This document shows positions 1-12,118 of a DNA stretch of 64,000 nucleotides, one piece after another. The stretch comes from Octopus vulgaris (lineage: Eukaryota). Position 1 is the stretch's first letter. Every line of letters begins with the position of its first letter. A program made the translations under genes and the position numbers. Location of the stretch: NCBI GenBank assembly GCA_951406725.2, contig OX597823.1:63922001-63986000 (forward strand), in the 5' to 3' direction. The notes below the pieces were generated by a model, which ran no database searches, was not told where the DNA came from, and saw only the letters and a program-made list of their open reading frames with translations.

Positions 1-499
1 GGGTTAAGTGTGTACATGTAAATAGTTATGAGTATGGTGGACAAGAGAGTTTTGGGAGTTGTTTTTCTCAATTGTGTGTGTGTAAGAGGCAAAATAAGTG
101 GCAAATAGGGGGCAGGAAGCTTTCTTCATGGTAGAGCTGCATACTGGATCATGGTTGAAGAATGGAGAATTATTATAATTATGGGAGCCTTTCTGTTTGG
201 CAGCCAGTTTTCAACTTTTGTTCCAAATGATTTCATATTTGATGAATTGGTGCAATCTTGTAAGCTCATTATTGATATGAAATTCATTTTTACCATAAAC
301 CAATAGAGTTAATAGCTTTAAAAGTTTTCAAATTTTGGGTGATTTTAGCCAGTCAAAAGCCAGTTTCTATAGTAACAAGCCAAGCTGTTACCAAGCTGCT
401 TGCTCATGTGGTCATTTTTCACTTATTAAATGCTTAAAACATGAGGTATAAGGTGGTTGTAAAAGTAATAGCTAAATAGGCCTTAAATTATGCAAATAT

Positions 500-1101
500 T
501 TTCTTCTGTTTGTTTTTTGCAGAATCATATGAATTGTTGCTTAGAATACAAATTTGCAAAAATTTTCTGAAAATTCCAAAACGAAGTTATGCAGGCTTAT
601 ATGGCATGCACAAAGCAGAATTCCATCAATATTTCACTTGTTTACAGTTAGTTGAGAAATGTGTGCAGTAACACACAAAAATGACAGCTTCAAAATCCTG
701 TTTTCTAATTGGATAAAAATGATCAAACTTTGAACCTCTGTAACATTTTTTGAAAATTATCTGGAAAAAGTGAATTAGCCCCTAAAATTCAGTATGGAAA
801 ATTACAGCAATACATAAATTTTTTTAATTTCCACAGGTACAGCCAAACAGAAAACATACTAATCAATATCTATAAAGCTGAAATGCGAAAAAGTTGTTTG
901 ATTTCTTGTTTTTTTTGTCTCATTTTGGGATGGAAACGGTTTAAGGGGCAGTAGATGGGGTCAGATTGGCGCCAAAATTTACACTGGGGGGTAAAATGGG
1001 GTGGGCAATGGTGTGAGGAGGGTTGCAAGTCACTCGGGGGCTACCGTTTGGTTGCTATGGTGAGGAATATGGGAAAACGAAGCATGGGTCTAAATAGCTA
1101 G
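500..1101 (+). mobile_element. Possible non-autonomous Helitron-like element, 3' end
   Basis: Ends in a degenerate GC-rich subterminal motif (acgaagcatgggt) followed by ...agCTAG|t at ~1098-1101, the Helitron 3' signature; 5' boundary unknown. Confidence 0.35.
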
Positions 1102-2759
1102 TTATGATATAAAAACAAAAAATTAAAAATCACACATCAGTATAAGATTTGTGGTGCCCCAGCATTCAGGCTAAAACATTTTTAAGGATTTATGCTCACG
1201 GTCACTGTACCTTCAGAGTTTACTCTGTAACTAGATCACTACTATTTTTACATCTTTCCTAACTGCTCCCATTCACCCCCATATAATGCGTGAATAGCCT
1301 TGTACCCCCAGCCATGTGGTTGGGAAGCAAACTTCTCACCACACAGCTACACCTGTACCTTTGAACACAGAAAATGGATATATCTGTTCAAAACATTAAC
1401 TGCAGAAAGCTGTTTAATCCTGTTGCTTTGGGGGAAAAAAAAACTCCTCTCCCTATACAGTGAGAAGCACACATCCTCAGTGACATTTTTTACAAAAAAA
1501 TTGTTCAACATTTAAATTTGTGTCAAAATATTTTTGTTGCTTTGAAACCATGACCTGTTCACTGACAAAATTTTGTCCTGCATCTGAGAAAGTAACAATT
1601 AGTTCATGACCATGAACTATAGGAACTATGAATATCATACCTATAGGAAGGTTTTGAAAATGTACAGCAGAAGCAGAAAACATCAATTCTATTTTTTTAT
1701 GGATATTTAACATCCATTATGGGATGGCCTGTGAAATTTAATTACGCAATCAAAGGGTTAATATATCTCACTACTATGAGCCACGTGTGTTTCTGCGAAA
1801 TTTGAAATTTTTTTCAGAGAAAGCCTCTCTGTCTGCTGGCTTTTGTTGCATCTAACTTGACACTTAAAAGAAAGCAGTTCAAAGGGTCACATAAGAAATT
1901 TGAAAATGTGTTGTATCAATGTGTATTTGTGGGAATCATCATCATCATTCAATCTCTATTTTCCATGCTGGCATGTGTTGGACGGTTTGACAAGAGCTAG
2001 CTAGGCAGAAGACTGCACCATATTTCGTTATCTATTTTAGCATGGTTTTTATAGCTGGATGCCTTTCCTAACAACAAGTGCCCTGCAGAGTGGACAGTGC
2101 TTTTTATATGGCACCAGTACAGGTGAGGTCAGTTTTGCTATGTTTTTTCAGTCAGATGCCCTTCCAAATGCCAACCACTTTACAGTGTGGACTGGTTGCT
2201 TTTTACACGGCACCAGTACTGGCAGGGTCACCAAATAACTTGCAAGACAAAGATCCTTTGAGAGGGGATGTGACATTGGAGGTGATCTCATTCCAAACGA
2301 TGAAAGGTTAGCATGTGACAGAGAGACAAAAACAGATGTCTTACTGTAGAGACACATAGTTAGAGAGAGAGAGGAGTGATGAAGATTGAAGCCAGTAACG
2401 GGTGTGCTGCAGTAGAAGAGATGCATGTTAACCAGCCTGAGGGATAGAACAAAAGGAAGAGAGAGAGTGGAAGACAGCAAGAGAAAGATGGAGAATGGAA
2501 GAGAGCAAGAGAGAGATGGCAATAAAGTGCCAATCATTCAATCTTCATAATTCCATGCTAGCCAGCTGAAGAGCTACTTAGGCTGTTGGTTTTCGCATGG
2601 TTTCTATGGCTGGATGCCCTTCCTAACACCAACGACTCTATAGAGTGTACTGGGTATTTTTATGCAGTACTAGCATGGGTGCTTTTTACATAGCACCAGC
2701 TTGCAAGATAAGGGTGCTTTTTACGTGGCACCAGCTTGCAAAATTAGGAGCACTCAGTT

Positions 2760-2975
2760 GAAAAGAGATGCATTTTACTTAGCTTGACGTGTCTTCTCAA
2801 GCACAACAAACTGTCAAAAGACTCAGTCCATTGTCATCACCTCTGCAAGACCCAATGTCTGGAGAGCCTTTCTCATCAATTCATCCCATGTCTTCCTGAG
2901 TTTACCCTTTCTACACATTCCCTCCACAATTAGAGATCAGCACTTCTTGATGCAACTGTCCTCATCCATGGACAT
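2760..2975 (-). mobile_element. RTE-clade LINE fragment (ORF C-terminus/3' UTR start)
   Basis: Reverse complement resembles the RTE copies at 15.2, 26.4 and 42.2 kb (ggaagacatgggatga, GRPRKTWDE-like motif). Confidence 0.7.
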
Positions 2976-3134
2976 ACCAACACAGATCATCTATGATGGA
3001 GCCCAACACTTCAACAACAAGTATATAGTAGAAAGCAGTAACATATAATAGCCAACACAGCATCTCTTCCCCAGCAACACAACAAAAGCCTAGTCTATGA
3101 CTGGACTCGTGGACACTGCATTGGACAACAGTTT

Positions 3135-3166
<32 letters not shown>

Positions 3167-4799
3167 ATTATCATCCACTTTTCCATGCTTACATGGGACA
3201 GATAGAATTTAAGACAGATATTACTTCATGGTCAAATGCCTTTCTTGTCACAACCCTCACTAGTTTCCAAGTGAGATAATATTTTCCCATAGCCAGACAG
3301 GTTTTTCCATGGAAGATTGAAAATGAACAACATTTGTATGACTATGATGTACGTTTAAATTGTTGCAAGATGTTAAGACAAGGGTACACAAACAAATGAT
3401 GGGCTTCTTTCAGTTTCCATCAACCAAATCCATTCACAAGGCTTTATTGGCCCAGGGCTATAGTGGAAGACACTTGCTCATAGTGCCGTGTAGTGGGACA
3501 GAACCCAAGAGCACAAAGTTGGGAAACAAGCTTCTTAACCATGCTGCTACACTTCATATATACCATTATCATCATCATTTAACTTCTGCTTTTGAAGCTG
3601 GCATGGGTTGAGTAAGTCAGGACACAGCACTTCGAAGTGAGTTCATTGGAAGTACATTTAAAAAATCCACACCCTAAAAGAAGACGAATTTTGGCAAATG
3701 GTATCTGAACAAATGCAAGGACGCAGCATTTCAATTCAAAACTGTTTGGAGTGTTGAGGCCAGCTTTAAGTAAAATAGCTCAATTAACAGACAGAAATGC
3801 ACCTAGTGGGCTCCTGAAAATCCACAGGTTATTATGGAACACCATCTGAACTTACCAGGGGTTTCAGCATGTATGACTAGGTAGGTACGGTAGACAAGTA
3901 TAACCCTCCCACAGCTTTAAATGACCAGGTAAGCGAAAGTGCATTTTATTTGCATTTACAATTATAGCTCCAGTCTTCAAAGAAAAATAGCGGCAATCTT
4001 TCGTCTCTAGTAGACCTTTCCGTCGATTTCCGTAAAAAAATTTTTTTTTTTACATATGGGCTTGCGGGAACTTTTGAAGTAATGAGAGCGAAAGAGACTA
4101 AGAGAAAGCGATTGTATGACGAGGGAAGTTCTTTTGAAGTTACCGTGCATGGGAGCATTGATGGACATGTGTGTGTGTGTTTGATGGGGTGTGGGAGACA
4201 GACAGTATATTGTGCAAGTGAAGTGCTTCTGTTAGTGTGTGTGAAGAGGCAGAGTAATGTGTGAAAGAAAGAGATAACTAAGCAATACTAAGTGTTTTTT
4301 ATTGTTGAATACACGCAAATTTCATTATTTTGTTCGTATATTCTACAATACAGTCAAACAAGATACACGTGTGAAGTTGAAACTCATAACGTGTTTTACG
4401 TAACAAGTAGCTCGAAAACAAAAAAGTAGAAATATAAATTATTGATTTTTCTTTATGAACATCCACTCTATATTTATATATAAATAGAATATCAAAAAAG
4501 ATGAGAAAATATAACTTTACCAGGGATTATTAATAACTACGTAAAACGACCACAGCAGATGTACACATGGAATACTGTAAAGCTAGCAGCTGTTTATTAC
4601 TTCCTTTTATTAGTATCGAAGCAGTCAACGCCTGAGTGACATAAAGTTATAATAACTTTAAAATGAAGTGACTTCATGGATATAATGTTATTAATAATAA
4701 TATTTAAAAAGAAAAAGCTATAAAATCTTAACAATAACTGAATTAAGGGTTTTGTCTTCGATTTTAATAGAAAATACGAAACTACACACAATCGTTATT

Positions 4800-4890
4800 T
4801 GCTATGGTTGTGGTTGCCAAGCAACGGTTAATGCCAAGCAACAGTTAATGTAGTAACTGCTTTGTTATAAAGTCACAATTCACCCAATCA
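4800..4890. promoter_or_regulatory. Putative (bidirectional) promoter with RFX X-box motifs and a CCAAT box
   Basis: GTTGCCAAGCAAC at 4813-4825 fits GTNRCC-N-RGYAAC; a second copy at 4830-4842; CCAAT at 4884; locally raised CpG; candidate splice donors on both sides (+ gtgagt at 5017, - gtaaag at 4520). Confidence 0.5.
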
Positions 4891-5116
4891 ATCAGTTAAT
4901 CTCAGATCGATGAATAAACGAATTTTTAATATTTGTTATTTGTTTTAGTTGAAGTATTATCATCTCTGGATTTATTACATATATTGAGAATATTTTCGAA
5001 ATTTGAAAGATTTTACGTGAGTACTACGAAGTTTTTCTTCCTACAAATTACTTGTACTTTGTAAACTTTATGAAACTTTTTATTCTGACGATAACGATTA
5101 TTTATTATTATATTTG

Positions 5117-5165
<49 letters not shown>

Positions 5166-5299
5166 TTAAAGTTTACTTACTCTAGTTGATTCTGTGAGAG
5201 CAGACAGCAACCTGTTGTTAGAGGTCTCACAGGGTCTCTTTTGCAAAACCCATAAGCTTTGGTACTTGGATTCTTTTATTCTTTTATTTGTTTCAGTCA

Positions 5300-5468
5300 T
5301 TTTACTGCGGCCATGCTGGAGCACCACATTTTGTCGAGCAAATCGAAACCAGGACTTATTCTTTGTAAGCCTAGTACTTATTCTGTTGGTAACTTTTGCC
5401 GAACCGCTAAGTTACGGAGACGTAAACACACCAGCATCGGTTGTCAAGCGATGTTGGGGGACAAACAT

Positions 5469-5526
<58 letters not shown>

Positions 5527-5700
5527 ATACATATATACAATGGTCTTCTTTCAGTTTCCGTCTACCACATCCACTCACAAAGCCTTGGTTGGCCCGAGGC
5601 TATAGTAGAAGACACTTGCCCAAGGTGCTACCCAGTGGGACTAAACTCGGAACCATGTGGGTCACAAGCAAGCTACTTACCACACAGCCACTCCTATGCC
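5300..5700 (-). mobile_element. tRNA-derived SINE, family A (CORE-like, internal TA/TG microsatellite)
   Basis: Reverse complement of the near-consensus copy at 62294-62704. Confidence 0.9.
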
Positions 5701-5839
5701 TATGTTAACTTATCATGGAAGACACTCAAGACCCAAGCACCAGCCTCAAAATCCATGTGGTCCCCAGTAGAGCAGTTTTTCGGGCTTGCTCTACCCTCAT
5801 GTTAATCCCAATTTCTCCAACTGTTATTGTTAATATTAC

Positions 5840-6250
5840 TAAGGCAGCAAGTTGGCAGCTCTAGGAGAAACGCATAGCAGTATTTCATCTGCTGCTGGCG
5901 AGCTGGCAGAAACGTTAAGGCGAAATGCTTAGCGGTATTTCGTCTGCCATTACGTTCTGAGTTCAAATTCCGCTGAGGTCGACTTTGCCTTTCATCCTTT
6001 CGGGGTCGATAAATTAAGTACCAGTTATACAGTGGGGTCGATGTAATCGACTCAATCCCTTTGTCTGTCCTTGTTTGTCCCCTTTATGTTTAGCCCCTTG
6101 TGGGGCTATATATAAAGGAATATATATTCTGAGTTCAAATTCCACTGAGGTTGACTTGACCTTTCATCCTTTTTGGGTCAATGAAATAAGTACCAGGTAG
6201 CTGGGGTTGATGTAATCAACTAGTCCCCTCCTACAAATTTCAGACCTTGT
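5840..6250 (+). mobile_element. SINE family B (Meta-domain-like), one copy nested in an older copy
   Basis: ggcgagctggcagaa...gagttcaaattcc...ggtcgactttgcctttcatcctttcggggtcgataaattaagtaccag; the body appears twice. Confidence 0.85.
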
Positions 6251-6434
6251 AAAGGAATAAGGAGATGAAGAAAGAGAAGAAAAAGCAAGTTTAAAAGTTC
6301 ACAGTTCAACTTAATGGTCTTGTAGAAATAAGCCCACAAATCCTTAGGTGCAATACTGTGTAAATCTATGTAGGCTGAAGTCCTGATAGTGCAACCTATA
6401 TGGATTTACGTAGGATTGCGCCTAAGGACTTATG

Positions 6435-6908
6435 CATGTACAGAAAGTTGAACTTTGAACTTTTATGCTTCCTTTTGGTGATGTGACAATCTCCCCACAC
6501 GGCTGCATGCACATCTGTGATGTTTTTCTCACTTCTGCTTGTTGTGGGCCTCTCAGAACGTTTGTCAATATCGACATTTTTTTCGGCCATCTTGGAAACG
6601 TCTGAACCACTCATACACCTGTGTGCAGCACATACACTCCTCTCCATACACTTTCTGCAATTTTGTGTAGGCCTCTGAGTGGTTATTGCCATGACAACAC
6701 TCTCTATCATGATCAATGTGATGATCAAACACTACACACCTTCCTTGCAAACACTGTTGTAAACAGTGGAAGTGAGTTAGAATGTCAAAATTTGGTTTGC
6801 ATGCACTGCAAAGTTCGCGGTCAATCTGTGCCAAGCAGCTTCACTTTGCATGCTTTAGCTTCATTATTATGGCAACAGTCCGGATACTTATTGATCAGAC
6901 CTTCTGCA
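6435..6908 (-). mobile_element. Mariner-type transposon 5' remnant (TIR plus HTH domain, frameshifted)
   Basis: AYTKLQKVYGEECMCCTQVYEWFRRFQDGR plus NVDIDKRSERPTTSR in an adjacent frame (mariner N-terminus); TIR-like ggtctgatcaataagtatccggact at ~6876-6900. Confidence 0.85.
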
Positions 6909-6927
6909 TATATTGCATATATATATA

Positions 6928-7312
6928 TCTTTATATATAAAAGTGAAGTTGTGTGTCTGTCTCCTACGATTTAGATTCCTAACTACTCCCACATTTTGCG
7001 GTGCAGTTTAACCAAAACCGGGTATCTTGTAGTCATGATTCATATCGAGCCCTTCTGGGTATTAGCGTGCGTCTACGATGAGTCTATGATTTAAAAAATT
7101 TTTTTCCATTTTAATGCATTTTTTCGCTATTATATAAGGGAAGTAACTCTCTAAAAATGTCTACGATGAGTCAACGATTTTAAAAATAATTTACCATCAT
7201 TTTTTTTCCATTTTTAATACATTTTTTTGCTATCTTTTGGCTATAACTCTCTAAAAATGCTTATATAGTTATTTCCCTTACAAACCCGAGCAACGCCAGG
7301 CAATACTGCTAG
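6928..7312 (+). mobile_element. Non-autonomous Helitron-like element
   Basis: 5' TC (tctttatatataaaag), 3' hairpin cccgagcaacgccagg then CTAG, inserted between A and T; internal ~90-bp tandem duplication. Confidence 0.7.
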
Positions 7313-7653
7313 TATATATATATAATAACAATTTAATAAATAAAACATATACATACATACATATATGTACATACCTACATCTATATGTATATATACATGC
7401 ATATATGGGTACAGGACACCACAAATAAACATAGAACACAGCGAGACACGAAAACATAAAATCAAACAAGGAAACGGACTTTTTTTAACAACAAAAAAAC
7501 AGAGTACAAGACAAACAATACAAGGAATATTCCCCTTCATCAGCTGCCCCTATTTCGACTCAATGCGTATTTCGAAGGTAAGGGCAGAACATGATTCAGC
7601 CGAAGCAGTCCTTCCTGCAAAATGAATTAAGTTCTCCAAGTAAGTTTTTATCA

Positions 7654-7693
<40 letters not shown>

Positions 7694-7830
7694 TAATTTC
7701 AATACAGAGCAAATATTTGCGAAAATATTATTGACCCTGTTATTATCTAGTGTAACAAATAAAAAAGATAATAAAAGAATCAATAATGTAGGCGATTGCA
7801 GGCCAAAAAAGCATTAAATAAGCCAAAGGA

Positions 7831-7961
7831 TTAAAGTTAATCAAAGGACATACTAAGTATGTCTACCTGCTGGAAATAAGTCAAAATTCTAATTTAGATA
7901 AGAGTTTTGACTGTTATTTCCAGCAGGTAGACATACTTAGTATGTCCTTTGACTAATTTTA

Positions 7962-7962
<1 letters not shown>
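7831..7962. repeat. Long inverted repeat (~60-bp arms) in a TA-flanked element
   Basis: tcaaaggacatactaagtatgtctacctgctggaaataa ... ttatttccagcaggtagacatacttagtatgtcctttga. Confidence 0.9.
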
Positions 7963-8000
<38 letters not shown>

Positions 8001-8104
8001 TACATACATAATTAATAAATATCAGGGTAATAAAACTTTTAGAAATTGCTACTACCAGTGGCCTAGCGTAAAAAAAAATTAGTCAATAGACTATATATTA
8101 TTCA

Positions 8105-8298
8105 TATAAAATATAGCGTACATTAAAATACATTAAGAGGCTTCCATCATAGGAATCCATTATGCTAGAAAGAACAGTTAAAGTCCAAACCACTAATTTA
8201 TCCCTAATTAGTGGTTTGGACTTTAACTGTCCTCCTAGCGTAATGGATTCCTATGATGGAAGCCTCTTAATTTACTTTAATGTACACTGTATTTTATA
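8105..8298. repeat. Long hairpin (~90-bp arms, ~7-nt loop) in a TA-flanked element
   Basis: attaagaggcttccatcataggaatccatta...gttaaagtccaaaccactaatt / aattagtggtttggactttaac...taatggattcctatgatggaagcctcttaat. Confidence 0.92.
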
Positions 8299-8369
8299 TA
8301 TATATATATATATATGTGTATATATACTTATATACACACATAGTTTTCCATGATTCTTTTCTCTCTTGG

Positions 8370-8685
8370 GTAGCTGGAAGGATTTATCTGGGAGTCTACT
8401 GTTGTGTACATCTACTGTGTACATGACTCAAACCAACGTAAATCTCTCTATCAATGAGGATTTCCATCACAGGATGCAGGCCAGCATGCCATAGGATCTC
8501 TTCATTTCTGATCTTGTCAAGGAGAGTGATATATTCATAATTTGTTGCAGCTGTTTTGTCAGTTTCAACTCCATACAGCAAGGAAGAAAGCTCTTTAACC
8601 TGGTATACCTTACATTTGATACATGCAGAAACATGCCTATTTTTCCGTAAGCTCTCCCGGAGCCTGTCAATGAAGCAGTGGCTCT
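8370..8685 (-). mobile_element. Degenerate RTE/BovB-like LINE ORF fragment
   Basis: KVYQVKELSSLLYGVET...LDKIRNEEILWHAGL resembles the RTE post-RT region. Confidence 0.65.
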
Positions 8686-8704
8686 GCTCATTCTCTCTCT
8701 CTTG

Positions 8705-8754
<50 letters not shown>

Positions 8755-8786
8755 GCATATATATAGAAAATGTTACACATTACATG

Positions 8787-8827
<41 letters not shown>

Positions 8828-8928
8828 TTAATTCAAACATGAAAACACAAAGAGAAAACACAACAACACGAGGATGTGGAACAAGTATAGTGTTATTGGA
8901 TGCTCAGGAAAGGAAAGAAAGAAGGAGG

Positions 8929-8963
8929 ATTTAACATTTCGAGCGGAGCTCTTCGTCAGAAAC
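8929..8963 (-). ncRNA. Minimal type I hammerhead ribozyme motif in a ~215-bp TA-flanked repeat (8826-9041)
   Basis: Minus strand: gttt CTGACGA a gagc tcc gctc GAAA tg tt aaat; a second copy of the element at ~56800-57010. Confidence 0.65.
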
Positions 8964-9154
8964 ATAGGAAAAGGAAAAATCCAAAGAAGGGAAGATGGAG
9001 GAAAAAAAAGTTGCCAATGATACACACATGGTCACATTTTGAATATATATATATATATATATATATGTAATTTGCAAGGTTTTCTCTGCAAAATTGGGTA
9101 TTTAACAGTAGAGCGAATGAAATGTGGATGTTTTCATCCCTATTTTCCTTGAAT

Positions 9155-9232
<78 letters not shown>

Positions 9233-10137
9233 TATATGTAAAAGTAAAAAAATATACAAACTGGGACAAGAACGTGAAACATTTAGAAGACGACACAAAA
9301 AACACGGACGGGACATTCGAAGCCCTCAATCATCAGTCAAGAACTGGATTATCTTCGCAATTTCGGCTGATTAATATAGCAGATATACCCAGCACTCTGG
9401 TGTGACCAATGGAGACTATGGATATTATCCAACGAGAGGAGCAGGTAATTCAGTTGATATCAAACAGAAGAATCCTCATTGTCAAATGAGTGAAAACAAC
9501 CTTCCATCCACTATCTCTTTCTAGCTTTCCTTTTCTCTTTCCCTTTCATTCTTTTACTCATTCACTTTCCCTCCCTCCCCTCTCCCCCTTTCTTCTCTTG
9601 CTTGCCTTCTCCTATTATCTTACTTCCTCTTTCCTATTTACATTGATTTAGTTTCACTTTCATTATGTTTGTTCTTTTCCATCCTCTCCTTTTCTCTCCA
9701 TCTCTCTCTTTCCCCCTTACCCACCACATTTTTAAATCTTCTCCTTTTCTATTTCTTTATGTATAATGGAGAAAAAAAACTCCAAACAAAAAAAAAGAAA
9801 AAGGCATCTTGCGATATTTGGTTACTTTCTGTTTTCTGTCTCAGTTGAAATATCCCATGGGGGTCATATTTTTGCCTTTCTCCAGAGGTCGATATAATAA
9901 TATAGCAACCAAATAGTAAGTTCAATATTATCGGCTCAGACCAATGACTGAAATCACGGTGGAATAGCTTGCTACTTGCTAGAGAAGAAAAATACCCTAA
10001 AGCAATAACACTGAATCAAATTTTATCGCAGTAAGTCAGTGTACTTAAAACATGTTATCTCATAAAAGATAGAAGTCTACTTTCCTTTATCTCACACACA
10101 TATATATTTATATATATATATATATATACACACACAC

Positions 10138-10200
<63 letters not shown>

Positions 10201-10317
10201 CATACATGTATATCATCATCATCATCATCGTTTAACGTCTATTTTCCATGCTAGCATGGGTTGGACGGAGCACGGGTATATATACATACATATAAATACA
10301 TACATATATATATACAT

Positions 10318-10360
<43 letters not shown>

Positions 10361-10415
10361 TGTATGTATATATATATAACTGATGTATATATATATATAT
10401 CATCATCATCATCAT

Positions 10416-10810
10416 AGGCAAAGGAGTGGCTGTGTGGTAAGTAGCTTACTTACGAACCACATGGTTCTGGGTTCAGTCCCACTGTGTGGCACCTTGGCCA
10501 AGTGCCTTCTACTATAGCCACGGGCCAATCAAAGCCTTGTGAGTGGATTTGGTAGACGGAAACTGAAAGAAGCCTGTTGTATATATATATGTGTGCGTGT
10601 ATACGTTTGTGTGTCTCTGTTTGTCCCCCCCAACATAGCTTGACAGCTGATGCTGGTGTGTTTATGTCCCCGTAACTTAGCAGTTCAGCAAAAGAGACTG
10701 ATAGAATAAGTACTAGGCTTACAAAGAATAAGTGCTGGGGTCAATTTGCTCAACTAAAGGTGTGCTCCAGCATGGCCGCAGTCAAATGACTGAAACAAGT
10801 AAAAGAGTAA
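10416..10810 (+). mobile_element. SINE family A copy
   Basis: Full-length match to the 62294 copy. Confidence 0.9.
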
Positions 10811-10834
10811 AATGTATATATGTGTGTGTATATA

Positions 10835-10869
<35 letters not shown>

Positions 10870-10910
10870 ATGATGTTAAATGATGATGATATATATATAT
10901 ACATACATAT

Positions 10911-12118
10911 ATGTGTATATGGGTGTGTGTATATGTATATATACAACTAAATGGATTACAGGCAAAAGTAAGAAAGAAATATGAATGTGCGATCTTTATT
11001 CAGTGTTGTCCCCATATCCTAAATTTAGTTCTTTCACAATCATGCTCTGCTATGAAAGAATGCAAGATATTTTTTTCTACTATAAATGGACTCGGTACAT
11101 TTTTTACGAAATCACCGAAAAGGGCTAATGCATTAGATAACATTGTTAAAAAAAGATTTCCAAAAGCAACAGCAACTAGATGGAATTACTCCTCACGTCT
11201 TATTATTATTACCACAAAGGAAAATTATAATTTCATAATCAGCCTTTTTGAACACATCATTGAAAATCCTGAAGCATGGGATGATACCACCATAAATTCA
11301 GCAATTGGATTCTTACACACATTAAAAGCTCCTGATTTCTTATTTTTGTTAGAAGTATTCAGTGACATTTTTTCTTTTACTGACGTCTTATTTAACATAC
11401 TTCAGAGTAAAAGTCATGACATAGTGTATTGTAAAGAGCAAATAGATAAAACTAGAACTGTACCCGAAAACAAACTTGATAATTTTTCAATCTTTTATGA
11501 TAGGTTAGGGGAAAAACATGGAGTCGATGCAGGAATCGGAATTCAGAGATCCAAGAATATATCTATTGAGCCCCAACGACATTATAAAATGCTTTATAAC
11601 AAAATTATCAGTACAATAGTTGACCAAATAAAAGCACGATATTCATCCTTAGAAGAGTTTAAATTCATGGAACTTTTGAATTTTAACAAAGTTGATGAGT
11701 ATTGCAAACAATTTCCTGTGGACTCTTTAGATTCTTTAAGAACAACTTATGGCAGATTTTTTTATGTAATACGATTACAAAGTGAGCTCAATGTGATGTA
11801 TTCAATGAAAGATTTTAAAAAACCAAGTGTAAGTCATTTAATGAGTTACATTTATAGCAGTGATCTTGTTGAAGCTATGCCAGAACTCTTCAATCTGTGC
11901 AAGTTGATTTTGACAATTCCGTCTACCACTGCTTCTGTAGAGCGATCCTTTTCTGCATTAAGTAGAATTAAAACATACCAAAGAAATGCGACAGGAGAAA
12001 GAAGACTGTCTGGGTTAGCACTAATGTCAATTGAAAAAGATTTATTACAAGAATTGATGAAAATGTGATGGATATATTTGCCCAGAAAGATCAAAGAATT
12101 GAATTAATTTATAAATGA
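10911..12118 (+). pseudogene. hAT transposase C-terminal half
   Basis: CCPHILNLVL (CxxH), ATRW, and the hATC dimerisation domain LILTIPSTTASVERSFSALSRIKTY...RLSGLALMSIEK; the N-terminus is microsatellite-derived; terminal DIFAQKDQRIELIYK is out of frame. Confidence 0.92.

Noticed and set aside
5194-5805. 203-aa and 149-aa ORFs
   Set aside because: Read through a SINE A copy and its TA microsatellite; similar peptides recur at every copy
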